Shown here one piece after another: positions 20,387-29,427 of a stretch of DNA of 64,000 bases. The DNA comes from an uncultured bacterium (GTDB lineage: Bacteria; Fidelibacterota; Marinisomatia; Marinisomatales; UBA1611): NCBI GenBank assembly GCA_943788175.1, contig CALSPG010000001.1, forward strand, positions 32,001 to 96,000, in the 5' to 3' direction. The first letter of the stretch is position 1. Each line of letters begins with the position of its first letter. The translations under genes and the position numbers were made by a program. Under the pieces are notes generated by a model, which saw only the letters and a program-made list of their open reading frames with translations, was not told where the DNA came from and ran no database searches.

Positions 20387-20851
20387 ATGAAGAAAATTTT
20401 TATTTTTTCAATGTTAGTTTTTATTGGGTGTTCTAAGACACCCGTTGATATGGATGAAAAGCTGTTTGATCGAGGTGGTAGATATATAACAAGACCTGAT
20501 TTCAGTTCAATGTGGTTCTACAATCTAAAAGTTTATAATGGACCTGCTTTTAGCATGCATAAAAATGGTGAGCGTAAAGAAAAGGGCGATATTGTTAATG
20601 GTGCTAAATCAGGCTCTTGGTCAGGATGGGATGAAAAAGGAAATTTAAAATATAAAGGTGATTATCTAGATAATAAGGAAGATGGGAAATGGATGGGATA
20701 TCATGTGAACGGTAAGACTAAATATGAAGGGTTGTATAAAGACGGTAAACAGATAGGTAAATGGAAATATTTTAATAAAAGAGGTAAACTAGCCACAGAG
20801 GAAGAATATAATTCTGATGGCATAGTGGTAAAGTCAAAGAACTTTAAATAG
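20387..20851 (+). CDS. MORN-variant repeat lipoprotein
   Basis: Lipobox FIGC; G-x-W-x-x-Y-x-x-NG repeats. Confidence 0.82.
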   Translation: MKKIFIFSMLVFIGCSKTPVDMDEKLFDRGGRYITRPDFSSMWFYNLKVYNGPAFSMHKNGERKEKGDIVNGAKSGSWSGWDEKGNLKYKGDYLDNKEDGKWMGYHVNGKTKYEGLYKDGKQIGKWKYFNKRGKLATEEEYNSDGIVVKSKNFK

Positions 20852-20854
20852 CTT

Positions 20855-21391
20855 CTAGTCTTTTGATTTTTGATGTTCTTTATGAATCTTAGCAAGTTTT
20901 ACATACTTGCTCGCCCAATCTATATTTTGATTTAAAACTGTTTCAGGTAGTTTTTTTACAACTTTTCCTGGAACGCCTACTACAAGCTCGCATGGTTTTA
21001 CAATCATATTCTCTTTTACAACAGCGCCTGCTCCGATAACAGCTCCAGAACCAATAACTGCACCGTTCATAATTATGGCTCCCATTCCGATAAGTGCACC
21101 ATCTTTAATATTACATCCATGTATGATAGCATTGTGGCCAATAGTTACATCTTTACCAATAATGACACCTTGATTATTCTCTAAATGTATAACTGAATTA
21201 TCTTGAATGTTTGACCTTGCGCCAACAATAATTTGGTTAATATCACCTCTTGCAACAGTGTTATACCAGATTGAGGAATCTTTATGCAATATCACATCTC
21301 CAATTATTCTAGCCCCCTCGGCAATGAATGCAGAATCATGTATTGAGGGTTCTTTAATTTTTATATTATCTCTTAATTCTGTTTTTTCCAT
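20855..21391 (-). CDS. Gamma carbonic anhydrase family protein
   Basis: RGD, SNIQDNSVIH, TIGHNAIIHGC hexapeptide repeats, GVPGK. Confidence 0.92.
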   Translation of the reverse strand: MEKTELRDNIKIKEPSIHDSAFIAEGARIIGDVILHKDSSIWYNTVARGDINQIIVGARSNIQDNSVIHLENNQGVIIGKDVTIGHNAIIHGCNIKDGALIGMGAIIMNGAVIGSGAVIGAGAVVKENMIVKPCELVVGVPGKVVKKLPETVLNQNIDWASKYVKLAKIHKEHQKSKD

Positions 21392-21472
21392 AAGTAAATA
21401 CTAATTCATTTATTGAAAAACTCAAAATCATAAATCTTTTATTGAATTAATACATATTAATTTTTATTTGTT

Positions 21473-23147
21473 ATGTTGATTCAATTTCAAAAAGTTAAAT
21501 ATTTAATTGTTTATTACCCGCATTCTCTTTTATTTACTTTATGCTTTTTATATTTGCTACCGTCATTAACAATATTTTTCATCCCCGATGATGTAAGGTT
21601 TGCCGTTTTTTACAATAATTATGGATTTTTAGAAAACCTTAAAAATATTTGGTTGTCCCCGAACGATCTTTATAATAAAAGTTATTCATTTAAGCCTATC
21701 CTAGATTCAATTACTTTAATTGAATCTTCAATATGGGGAATAAATCCATTTTGGTTTCATTTAACTAATGTCTCTTTTCATATTTTTAATGTTATTCTTT
21801 TTTATCAGTTTTCATTTGCATTGCTAAAGCGTAGAGAATTATCATTTATCTGCGCAGTAATATTTATTATCCACCCTATTATGACCAATTCTACATTTTG
21901 GGTTTATAGTAGGACCGAGCTAGTTGCATGTAGTTTTTATTTATTATCATTGATAACATTATTCCGATACTTTGCTAAAGAGCAGTTAATTTTTTTGATA
22001 TTATCCCAACTTCTTTTCTTTTTCGCCTTATTATCTAAAGATGCAAGTATTACTTTACCCTTTGCTCAGTATTGGTTGGTTGTTTGGAAAAAAAATGAAT
22101 TAGTAGAAAAAGGTAGAAGTCGTAGGATTTTATTGAAACTACTTACAGGTAATATTTTAACTGTTTTGATCTTTTTATCTTTTTTGATCATCCTATGTAA
22201 CCAAAATCGATTTTCAATAATTAATAATTATAATTTTAGTGAGTTATTTCAATTTTTAACCAGTCCAATAAATAGTGGTTTGGCAATACTTTTTCCTTTT
22301 CGTTATAATTGGTTTGAAACTATACTTTTTGAAAGGAAATATTATTTGATAGTATTAATAATCCCATTTTTTATTAAGTCGCTTTTTTTCATTTATTCAA
22401 ATAATAAAAAATATTATAAATACATCATGTTGTTTATGCTATTTCTTATATCAATTCTTTATACTAGTAGTTCTTTAAAAACAGGGACTCTGTACCTGCC
22501 ATCATGTTTTTTTGCAATATTTGTGGGTACAATCATTTACAGATCTTACCGGAAGTCAAAAATCATCTTTTTAGTTTTAATATTTTATGCATCAACTCTA
22601 TTTTTTGGAAGTATCAATAATTATAAAGTTTGGGTAGATAACACACTAATTAATAAGCTCGCTTGTAAATGAACTTGAAAATGAATTGACAGAGAACCAT
22701 AGTCTTAATACGTATGTGATTTTAAACTTCCCATCAAAAATTAATCATGCGCCAACTTTAACATTAGACTTGGAACCTTTTATGAATTTAAAAACAAGTT
22801 CTAATCGAAGAATTGTAAATCCAGTTTTTATTGCACATAATAATGGTATTAAGCCAACAGCTATTCATCATTCAAAAGAGGGCATTATTTTAAATGCTTG
22901 CGAAGAAAGTTCATATTTTGTTTTGGAAAAAAAATCATTTAGTCCAGGAGAAGTTCTCGACATTAAAAATGGAAAGATAATAATTCAAAAAATAAATAAA
23001 AAGGGTAAAGCAATTAGAATAATTCTAAAATTAAAAAATGACACATCAGATTCAAATATTTGTTACTTGTATTTTGATGAAAATAGCTTGCAATATAAAG
23101 TTTTCGATTTCTTAGATAGTGCCAATAAGCCTAAAGTATCACTTTAG
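21473..23147 (+). CDS. Multi-pass membrane protein, GT-C/PMT-like glycosyltransferase; split by one +1 frameshift at ~22650-22669
   Basis: PDD, FKP, FHLTNV..H, FIIHP, LLSKD motifs. The +1 frame reads SLVNELENELTENH directly into ORF 22686..23147. Confidence 0.65.
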
Positions 23148-23254
23148 TTAAAATTTAATAAATGCACATATATTGTTAATATTATCTTTTAAAACAATTT
23201 ATTTGGAATTGTAAAATATATTATTAATTTTAGTTAAAACTACAAGGAGTTTGT

Positions 23255-23635
23255 ATGAGTCCTCAATTAGTTTTAACAATCATTGGTGCGATAAATGTGT
23301 TGATGGGTATTGCCATTTATGTTGGCGCAGAGGGTATTGTAAGTGGTGGCGCTTTTAGTCAACATTTGATAAATGCCACATCTATAACAGTAGGCACATA
23401 CATGCATGAAGCAGTGGCATCTTTTATGATTGCCTTTGGATTTGTTGCATTACTTTGCAGAGATATGGAAAATAAATCTGCAAAAAAGCTTCTTTTCGCG
23501 ATTGGTGTAGCATACATTATAAACCTAGCTAGCGTACTGCTGCATGTCATAAACCCAGAAGTCCATCCTCCTATTCCTGCCGTTATTATAATGTTAGTTT
23601 TAACAGGTGTAGCCTTCTATAGCTCAAAAACTTAA
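23255..23635 (+). CDS. Hypothetical 4-TM membrane protein (homolog of 7805..8206)
   Basis: AAGGAG RBS; four TMs; motifs shared with 7805..8206. Confidence 0.78.
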   Translation: MSPQLVLTIIGAINVLMGIAIYVGAEGIVSGGAFSQHLINATSITVGTYMHEAVASFMIAFGFVALLCRDMENKSAKKLLFAIGVAYIINLASVLLHVINPEVHPPIPAVIIMLVLTGVAFYSSKT

Positions 23636-23686
23636 AAGTAAGAAAGTGCCAAATAAAATAGATAATCAATAAATAAAGGAGATCCG

Positions 23687-24079
23687 ATGCGTTTTATTAT
23701 AAAAATTAGTTCAGTGTTTTTGATATATAATGTTTTTCTTTCAGCTCAAATAATGGTTATTTCTCAAAACAAAGTTGTTTTTAGTAAAATGAAAGAATAT
23801 CAAGATTTAATGGAGAAGCATTGGAATCCAGTTTTTGATAAATTAGTCGACGAAGGCAAACTGAATGAAGTTGGCTCGTTGAGCCATAGCTGGGGAGATG
23901 AATGGAATATTGTTGGTTATTATAAGGCAAAAGATCTTGCTTCTTTTGAAAAAGCATGGTCTGAAGGGTATAAAAAATTTGCGGATAATACCCCACAGAA
24001 TGTTCGAAATAGGATAACTGCGATGATTATTGAGCATAAAGATAATATTTATCAAATAAAACACTCATATTCAAAATAA
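23687..24079 (+). CDS. Hypothetical exported protein (possibly dimeric alpha/beta barrel-like)
   Basis: AAGGAG RBS, signal peptide (LSA-Q), HSWGDEWN and EHKDNIY motifs. Confidence 0.7.
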   Translation: MRFIIKISSVFLIYNVFLSAQIMVISQNKVVFSKMKEYQDLMEKHWNPVFDKLVDEGKLNEVGSLSHSWGDEWNIVGYYKAKDLASFEKAWSEGYKKFADNTPQNVRNRITAMIIEHKDNIYQIKHSYSK

Positions 24080-24099
24080 GAATTTCATTCTTCTAATTT

Positions 24100-24128
24100 A
24101 AAAGCTCGTTTCTAACGGGCTTTTTTTT
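24100..24128 (+). terminator. Intrinsic terminator
   Basis: AAAAGCTCGTT-TCT-AACGGGCTTTT stem running into a T8 tract. Confidence 0.85.
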
Positions 24129-24169
24129 AATTTTTTTTTTGCATTAGTTAAATGATTGTGGTTAAGTTT

Positions 24170-24190
24170 AATGAGATTAAGTCTCAATAA
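24170..24190. promoter_or_regulatory. Fur-like operator, copy 1
   Basis: AATGAGATTAAGTCTCAATAA contains a 7-1-7 inverted repeat (TGAGATT-A-AGTCTCA). 18/21 identical to 28011-28031. Lies upstream of an iron permease. Confidence 0.65.
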
Positions 24191-24221
24191 AGATAACATT
24201 ATATAGAAATACAAACAAACT

Positions 24222-24306
24222 TAGCAATTTAGGCCTGACCTCTCTTTGAATTATAAGTCTACACTCCAAGAGCATGTTCCAACTCAGAGTCTGGGCCTAA
24301 TTGCTA
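24222..24306. other. 85-nt structured inverted-repeat element in the FTR1 leader (candidate ncRNA, cis-regulator or miniature repeat)
   Basis: TAGCAAT(T)TAGGCC ... GGCCTAATTGCTA outer stem with further inner pairing. GC-richer than its flanks. Confidence 0.5.
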
Positions 24307-24324
24307 GAAACAGAAAAAAATAAA

Positions 24325-25269
24325 ATGGCAGAATTAATAATTGTATTTAGGGAAGTTCTAGAGGGCTCTCTTATAGTAGGTATCCTTTATACTTATTTAA
24401 AAAAAACAAATCAGTCTGATGCTATTATTCGATTATGGCAGGGTGTTGCAGCCGCATTAGTTGCTAGTATAATTGGCTCATTCCTCTTTCAAATATTTGC
24501 GAATGGATTTGAAGGGAAGTCAGCGAAATTATTTGAAGGGGTTGTAATGATAATTGCAGCTGCTATCTTAGGGTCAATGATTGTCTGGATGGCAAAAAAC
24601 AGGAATATAGCAGGTGATCTTAAAGAAAAAGCGGATAATGCGTTATCGAGCGATAAGGTCGGGTATAGTATTTTTGCTTTATCTTTTATTTCGGTTTTTA
24701 GAGAAGGTATAGAAACAATTCTCTTTTTATATGGAATCATTATAAAAGAAGGTGGTTTAAATATTGTTTTGTCGCTCATTGGCGCTGCTCTCGGCATTGG
24801 ATTGTCATTTATGATTTTTATACAAGGTCGCAAAGTTCCTTTGAAAACTTTTTTTAACGTGACCTCAGGTGTCTTGGTGTTTGTTGCCGCTGGTATGTTC
24901 ACATATGGAGTTCATGAGCTTGAGTCTGCAAATATAATTCCTTATTACGGTGGTGCAATTAAAACAGATAACAATAATATAATTGCGACAAGAATAAATG
25001 GAGATATAAAAGTATTTACTTTCGAAGATAGTAAAAATAATCGGGCAACAGTGGTCAATAAAGCAAGTAAGTGGGCCTCTCGAATTTGGGATTTAAACCC
25101 GCCAAAAAATGAAGACGGTACTTACCCTGTCATGCATGATAAAGGAGCTGTAGGGGGCTTAATGAAAGGCTTATTTGGTTACAATGGTGATCCTAGCATG
25201 ATCGAAGTAATTGCCTGGGTTCTCGTTGTTCTAGGTCTTGGCTTTACATGGAGAAAGGCAGCAGCATGA
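24325..25269 (+). CDS. FTR1/EfeU family iron permease
   Basis: Two RExxE motifs (REVLE, REGIE), ELFEG-like KLFEG, GVHEL, LFGY...P. Confidence 0.92.
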   Translation: MAELIIVFREVLEGSLIVGILYTYLKKTNQSDAIIRLWQGVAAALVASIIGSFLFQIFANGFEGKSAKLFEGVVMIIAAAILGSMIVWMAKNRNIAGDLKEKADNALSSDKVGYSIFALSFISVFREGIETILFLYGIIIKEGGLNIVLSLIGAALGIGLSFMIFIQGRKVPLKTFFNVTSGVLVFVAAGMFTYGVHELESANIIPYYGGAIKTDNNNIIATRINGDIKVFTFEDSKNNRATVVNKASKWASRIWDLNPPKNEDGTYPVMHDKGAVGGLMKGLFGYNGDPSMIEVIAWVLVVLGLGFTWRKAAA

Positions 25270-25463
25270 TAAAAACAGTATTAAGGATTCCTTCCTTTTT
25301 TATGACAACTTCACTTTTTTTAATTCTATTTCTTGGTTGTGAGGATGATGCAATCCTTGAGCCTCAAACTGATACGGGTTCAGATGGTGGTAGTTATGGC
25401 TTTTTAATGCTAGAGAATGATACTGAAGTAGATGAGTTTGAAGAAAACCCTGAAATATTTTAG
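25266..25463 (+). CDS. Small acidic lipoprotein (65 aa)
   Basis: ATGA overlap with the FTR1 stop; lipobox FLG-C; 14 D/E in the 40 residues after Cys. Confidence 0.7.
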   Translation: MIKTVLRIPSFFMTTSLFLILFLGCEDDAILEPQTDTGSDGGSYGFLMLENDTEVDEFEENPEIF

Positions 25464-25472
25464 AAAATATAG

Positions 25473-27953
25473 ATGAATAAAATATTGCTCAAAAGCATGA
25501 TTGTTTATTTAGGCCTTCTTTTTTCTTCGTTTTTATTTGCTGACGACGATCAAAATAGTGTTAAAGGCTCAGTAATAAATAACAGCCAAGGAATACCTCT
25601 GCAAGGAGCAAATGTTGAGCTTATGGGTGATAACAGTCAAAAATATGGAGTAACCACTGATAAAGAGGGAAAATTTAATATTGATGATATAGAAGATGGC
25701 AAATATAAGATTAGTATAAGTTTCATTGGTTTTGAAGATTACAGAGAAGATGTCGCTATAGAGTCTGGCAAATCTTACAAAATTGATGCTGTTCTTGAAA
25801 TTCAGCCAATTGCTATGAGTCGTTTAGAGATTATAAGTGATGCAACCGCACCTTATCAGAAATTACCTGGCGCTGCAACTGTTATGGGTATGCAAACAAT
25901 AAAACTTGTTAATCCTTTAGGAACGCAAGAAATGTTAGAACACATACCAGGTATTAATGGCTTTTCCGATGATGGAATTGGAAACTCTCGAATTAGTATT
26001 GGTATTAGAGGTTTGAATCCAAGACGTAGTTCAAGAGTATTAATTTTAGAAGATGGAGTGCCAATTCAGCCAGCGTTATATGTTTACCCTAACATGTATT
26101 ATAACCCTCCGGCAGAACGAATTGACCGATTAGAAGTGATCAAAGGCAGTGGTGCTATTAATTTTGGACCTCAAACTATGGGGGGAGTAATAAATTATTT
26201 CACTCGCAGACCAAGAAATGATTTTGGAGGTACTTTCAAAATAACTACTGGAGAGAATGGTTTTGCTAGTATTTTTTCTGAAATTGGTGGTTCTAAAAAT
26301 GAAAAACTAAAACCAGAATTGCAACTTGTATACAAGAAAGGAGATGGATTTAGGCAAAATAATGAATTTGAACAAATTAATGCAACCTTGAAAATTAATT
26401 ATTTGCCTTCATTAAATAAGAATGTTTATCTCAAATCAAATATCAATTATGAAAATTCAAACGCTACTTACACTGGATTAACAGAATGGTCATTTGAAAA
26501 CGATCCTAAATTCAATCCAAAAGAGAATGATAACTTCAAGATTTTTAGAGCTTCTATCGATTTAATACAATCAGAACGCTTGAGTTCAGTTTTATCAAAA
26601 AATACAACTGCTTTTACAAGTTATTTTGATAGGCGGTGGTGGAGAGAAAATGACGTTTTCATACTAGCGTCTGATCTTGGCACAGAAAGCCCAAGCGCAG
26701 CAAATTATTACGATCCGTATGATTTAGTCAGAGTAGGCAACGGGCAAGACAATTTTGGGATACTTAGAACTTTTTATGTCGCTGGCTACGAGCAGTCATA
26801 TCGTTTAAAGCATTTGCTTTTTGAAAATAAATCCACCTTGGAAATTGGTGCTCGAATATATTGGGAGCGCTTTATCGATGATAAGAAACAAGGCGATAGT
26901 CCAAATAGTCGTGACGGCATTTATTTTATACCAGCTACATCTGAAGACGAGGCTCCAACAATAGTTGGTCAAAGCCATCATTATGAGACAATGGCTTTCA
27001 GTGGTTTCTTAACCGAATCAATAGAGTTTGGCTCTTTTGATGTTCGACCAGGTGTTCGCATTGAGGTTTTTGAACAGGAGAGGATTGATCGCCTTGCTGG
27101 TTCAACTTATTTAGACAAAACAACATCTGCTATTTTACCAGGGGTTGGTTTTATCAGCGAACTTCAAGGTTTTAACTTTTTTGGAGGTGTCCATAGAGGT
27201 TTTACTCCGCCATCAAGTGGTGCTTTGAAGATATTAAATTTTGGGGACAGTGTTTCAGATGGTGGGTTAGATCTTAAATCAGAAAAAAGTTGGAATAAAG
27301 AAATTGGAATTAGAGGAAATATTTCATTTATACAGTTTGAATATTCAGGTTATCATGTTGCAATAGAAGATTTAGTTGCCGCTGGAAGAGGAACTGCTTT
27401 TAAAAATTTAGGTAAGGCTAATACGATGGGTGTAGAAACAAAAACCATCTTTAACTTTAGTGATTTAAACAAACTATTCCCAAGCGTTGATGTTTCTTAT
27501 TCTTTTTTAAAAACAGAAGTTATAGAGGGCGAAATAATATCGAATGTTGCTGGTTCAGTCGGGAATCAAATAGATATTAGTGGAAAAGAGCTGCCATATG
27601 CGCCTTCTCATACCTTAATGGCTGGTATTTATAATGATTTTGGTGAAAAACTATCTCTTAGGGTAGATTTTAAATATGTAAGTAAAGTCTATACAGATTT
27701 TGAAAACATAGAAAAGACTAAAAATCTCGGTATTCAAGGGTCCGTTCCTGAGTATGCTACTATAAATTTAAGCGCTAATTTTCATCACAGCGAAAAATTA
27801 AGAATATATTTATCCGGAAAAAATATTACCGATGAAAGTTATATTGGATCAAGGCTTCATTCTAATCCAGGTCAGAAAGAAGCGGGTCTAAGTTCAGGAA
27901 TAATCATAGGCCCAAGAAGACAGATTAATCTTGGGTTAGAATATACTTTCTAG
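25473..27953 (+). CDS. TonB-dependent receptor, FecA-like, with N-terminal carboxypeptidase-regulatory-like domain
   Basis: Signal peptide; plug motifs IGIRGLNPRRSSRVLILEDGVP and RLEVIKG...GGVINY; LPYAP; C-terminal LEYTF. Confidence 0.93.
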   Translation: MNKILLKSMIVYLGLLFSSFLFADDDQNSVKGSVINNSQGIPLQGANVELMGDNSQKYGVTTDKEGKFNIDDIEDGKYKISISFIGFEDYREDVAIESGKSYKIDAVLEIQPIAMSRLEIISDATAPYQKLPGAATVMGMQTIKLVNPLGTQEMLEHIPGINGFSDDGIGNSRISIGIRGLNPRRSSRVLILEDGVPIQPALYVYPNMYYNPPAERIDRLEVIKGSGAINFGPQTMGGVINYFTRRPRNDFGGTFKITTGENGFASIFSEIGGSKNEKLKPELQLVYKKGDGFRQNNEFEQINATLKINYLPSLNKNVYLKSNINYENSNATYTGLTEWSFENDPKFNPKENDNFKIFRASIDLIQSERLSSVLSKNTTAFTSYFDRRWWRENDVFILASDLGTESPSAANYYDPYDLVRVGNGQDNFGILRTFYVAGYEQSYRLKHLLFENKSTLEIGARIYWERFIDDKKQGDSPNSRDGIYFIPATSEDEAPTIVGQSHHYETMAFSGFLTESIEFGSFDVRPGVRIEVFEQERIDRLAGSTYLDKTTSAILPGVGFISELQGFNFFGGVHRGFTPPSSGALKILNFGDSVSDGGLDLKSEKSWNKEIGIRGNISFIQFEYSGYHVAIEDLVAAGRGTAFKNLGKANTMGVETKTIFNFSDLNKLFPSVDVSYSFLKTEVIEGEIISNVAGSVGNQIDISGKELPYAPSHTLMAGIYNDFGEKLSLRVDFKYVSKVYTDFENIEKTKNLGIQGSVPEYATINLSANFHHSEKLRIYLSGKNITDESYIGSRLHSNPGQKEAGLSSGIIIGPRRQINLGLEYTF

Positions 27954-28010
27954 ACCAATATAGACTAAAATCTTATAATAATAATTGATAGCATAATCTT
28001 TTTAATAAAT

Positions 28011-28031
28011 AATGATAATAAGACTCAATAA
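28011..28031. promoter_or_regulatory. Fur-like operator, copy 2
   Basis: AATGATAATAAGACTCAATAA has a perfect TGATAAT Fur half-site. Lies just upstream of the AGGAG RBS of 28051. Confidence 0.65.
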
Positions 28032-28050
28032 CATAATAGGAGAAAACAAA

Positions 28051-29349
28051 ATGAAACTAAACAATAGTTTAATGTTTCTTTCATCACTATTGCTTTTTGT
28101 CTTCATTGGGTGTGAATCCAGTGACGATAATGACGATGATGGAGCTGCATTGATTGATACGCCGACTGAATACTCATTTGAGAGCAGGTTTAATAGCGGA
28201 GAAAACAGCGTCTCTTATTCTGGGCAAGTAGTAAGAAACTTACTGATCAATGACATCAAAACTCAGATAGGTACTGATGCTGCTTCTGGTAACCCGGCTA
28301 CGTTAGTTAGTATGATGGCAAATGACAATGCTAATCAAGCTATTCTATCATCTGCTGGTGATATGTCGACCGTACAGGCAAAGTACCATGATATCTCGTC
28401 GAGTCATTTAAATGATAGGCTAACAGCAGTAGATAGCTATGTAATACCTGGATATGGAGCTAATGCTGGTACTTTGGTTAATGGATGGGTTCAAGAAAGT
28501 GTTGTGAACGGTTTAACCAGAACAACTGGTAATAATGCTGGGATTCGTTTAGATCAAATTACTCAAAAGACTTTGTGGGGTGCTGTTTCATACTGGCAAG
28601 GAACTTCAAAGTATATGAGTAAAATTCCAACAGATGACAACTCAGTAGCTAGTGGCGATGCAAATTATACAGCGATGGAACATCACTGGGATGAATCATT
28701 TGGTTACTTTGGTGCTGCGGTTGATTACAACACTGGGTATACAGATGATGTTGATAGAAAATCAAGTCCATACAATGATTCAAATAGTGATGGCTCTATT
28801 GATTTTAAATCTGAATACAACGTTGGCTGGGCGATCACAGCTGCAAAAAGAGATGAATGTAGCGCTTGTGATGTTAACTACGATTTCACAAAAAAAATAT
28901 TCGATGCTTATCTAGAAGGAAGGACACTTATTACTAACCAAGCTGACCTTGCTGATATTTTAGTTCAAAGAGATATTGTGATGAATAACTGGGAAAAAGT
29001 AGTTGCTGCTGTTTCTATTCATTATGTAAATGATGTGGCAGCTGATATTGCTGGATTAATTGCTGCTGCTGATACTGCTATCGTAGCGGGTTCTGACGCA
29101 ACCGCTGATTATGAAAATCATTGGGGTGAAATGAGAGGTTATGCAAATGGTCTTCTTTATAATGATTTCAAAGTCATTACGGATGCAAACCTTGATCGTA
29201 TTTTGACCGTCATGGGTACAGCGCCTGTTTATCCATCAAACGGAAATTTTGATGCGATGCAAGCATATCATACTTCTCTAGTGGGTGAAGTTAGAGCTAT
29301 CTTTAAAGCGTCTTATGGTTTTTCCGATGCTAATGTAGCTGGTTGGTAG
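28051..29349 (+). CDS. DUF4856-like lipoprotein, putative iron-binding/uptake accessory
   Basis: AGGAG RBS; lipobox FIGC; PTEYSF, SVSYSGQ..R, MEHHWDESFGYFG, HY, HWGE motifs. Follows the TBDT. Confidence 0.75.
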   Translation: MKLNNSLMFLSSLLLFVFIGCESSDDNDDDGAALIDTPTEYSFESRFNSGENSVSYSGQVVRNLLINDIKTQIGTDAASGNPATLVSMMANDNANQAILSSAGDMSTVQAKYHDISSSHLNDRLTAVDSYVIPGYGANAGTLVNGWVQESVVNGLTRTTGNNAGIRLDQITQKTLWGAVSYWQGTSKYMSKIPTDDNSVASGDANYTAMEHHWDESFGYFGAAVDYNTGYTDDVDRKSSPYNDSNSDGSIDFKSEYNVGWAITAAKRDECSACDVNYDFTKKIFDAYLEGRTLITNQADLADILVQRDIVMNNWEKVVAAVSIHYVNDVAADIAGLIAAADTAIVAGSDATADYENHWGEMRGYANGLLYNDFKVITDANLDRILTVMGTAPVYPSNGNFDAMQAYHTSLVGEVRAIFKASYGFSDANVAGW

Positions 29350-29374
29350 ATAAAGGTTAAATAATAGTTAAGAG

Positions 29375-29409
29375 AACAGGGAACCATATTTGGTTCCCTG
29401 TTTTTTTTT
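29375..29409 (+). terminator. Intrinsic terminator
   Basis: 12-bp stem AACAGGGAACCA-TATT-TGGTTCCCTGTT running into a T tract. Confidence 0.9.
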
Positions 29410-29427
29410 GTATAGTTTCTCCTCCAA

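Noticed and set aside
22670-22672. TGA after ...LACK as possible selenocysteine or readthrough
   Set aside because: Another in-frame TGA follows two codons later, and the continuation is in the +1 frame.
24222-24306. Assignment of the structured element to 6S RNA, SRP RNA or a known riboswitch
   Set aside because: Too short for 6S, lacks the SRP GGAA-loop motif, and shows no cobalamin, yybP or NiCo consensus that I can see. Left unassigned.
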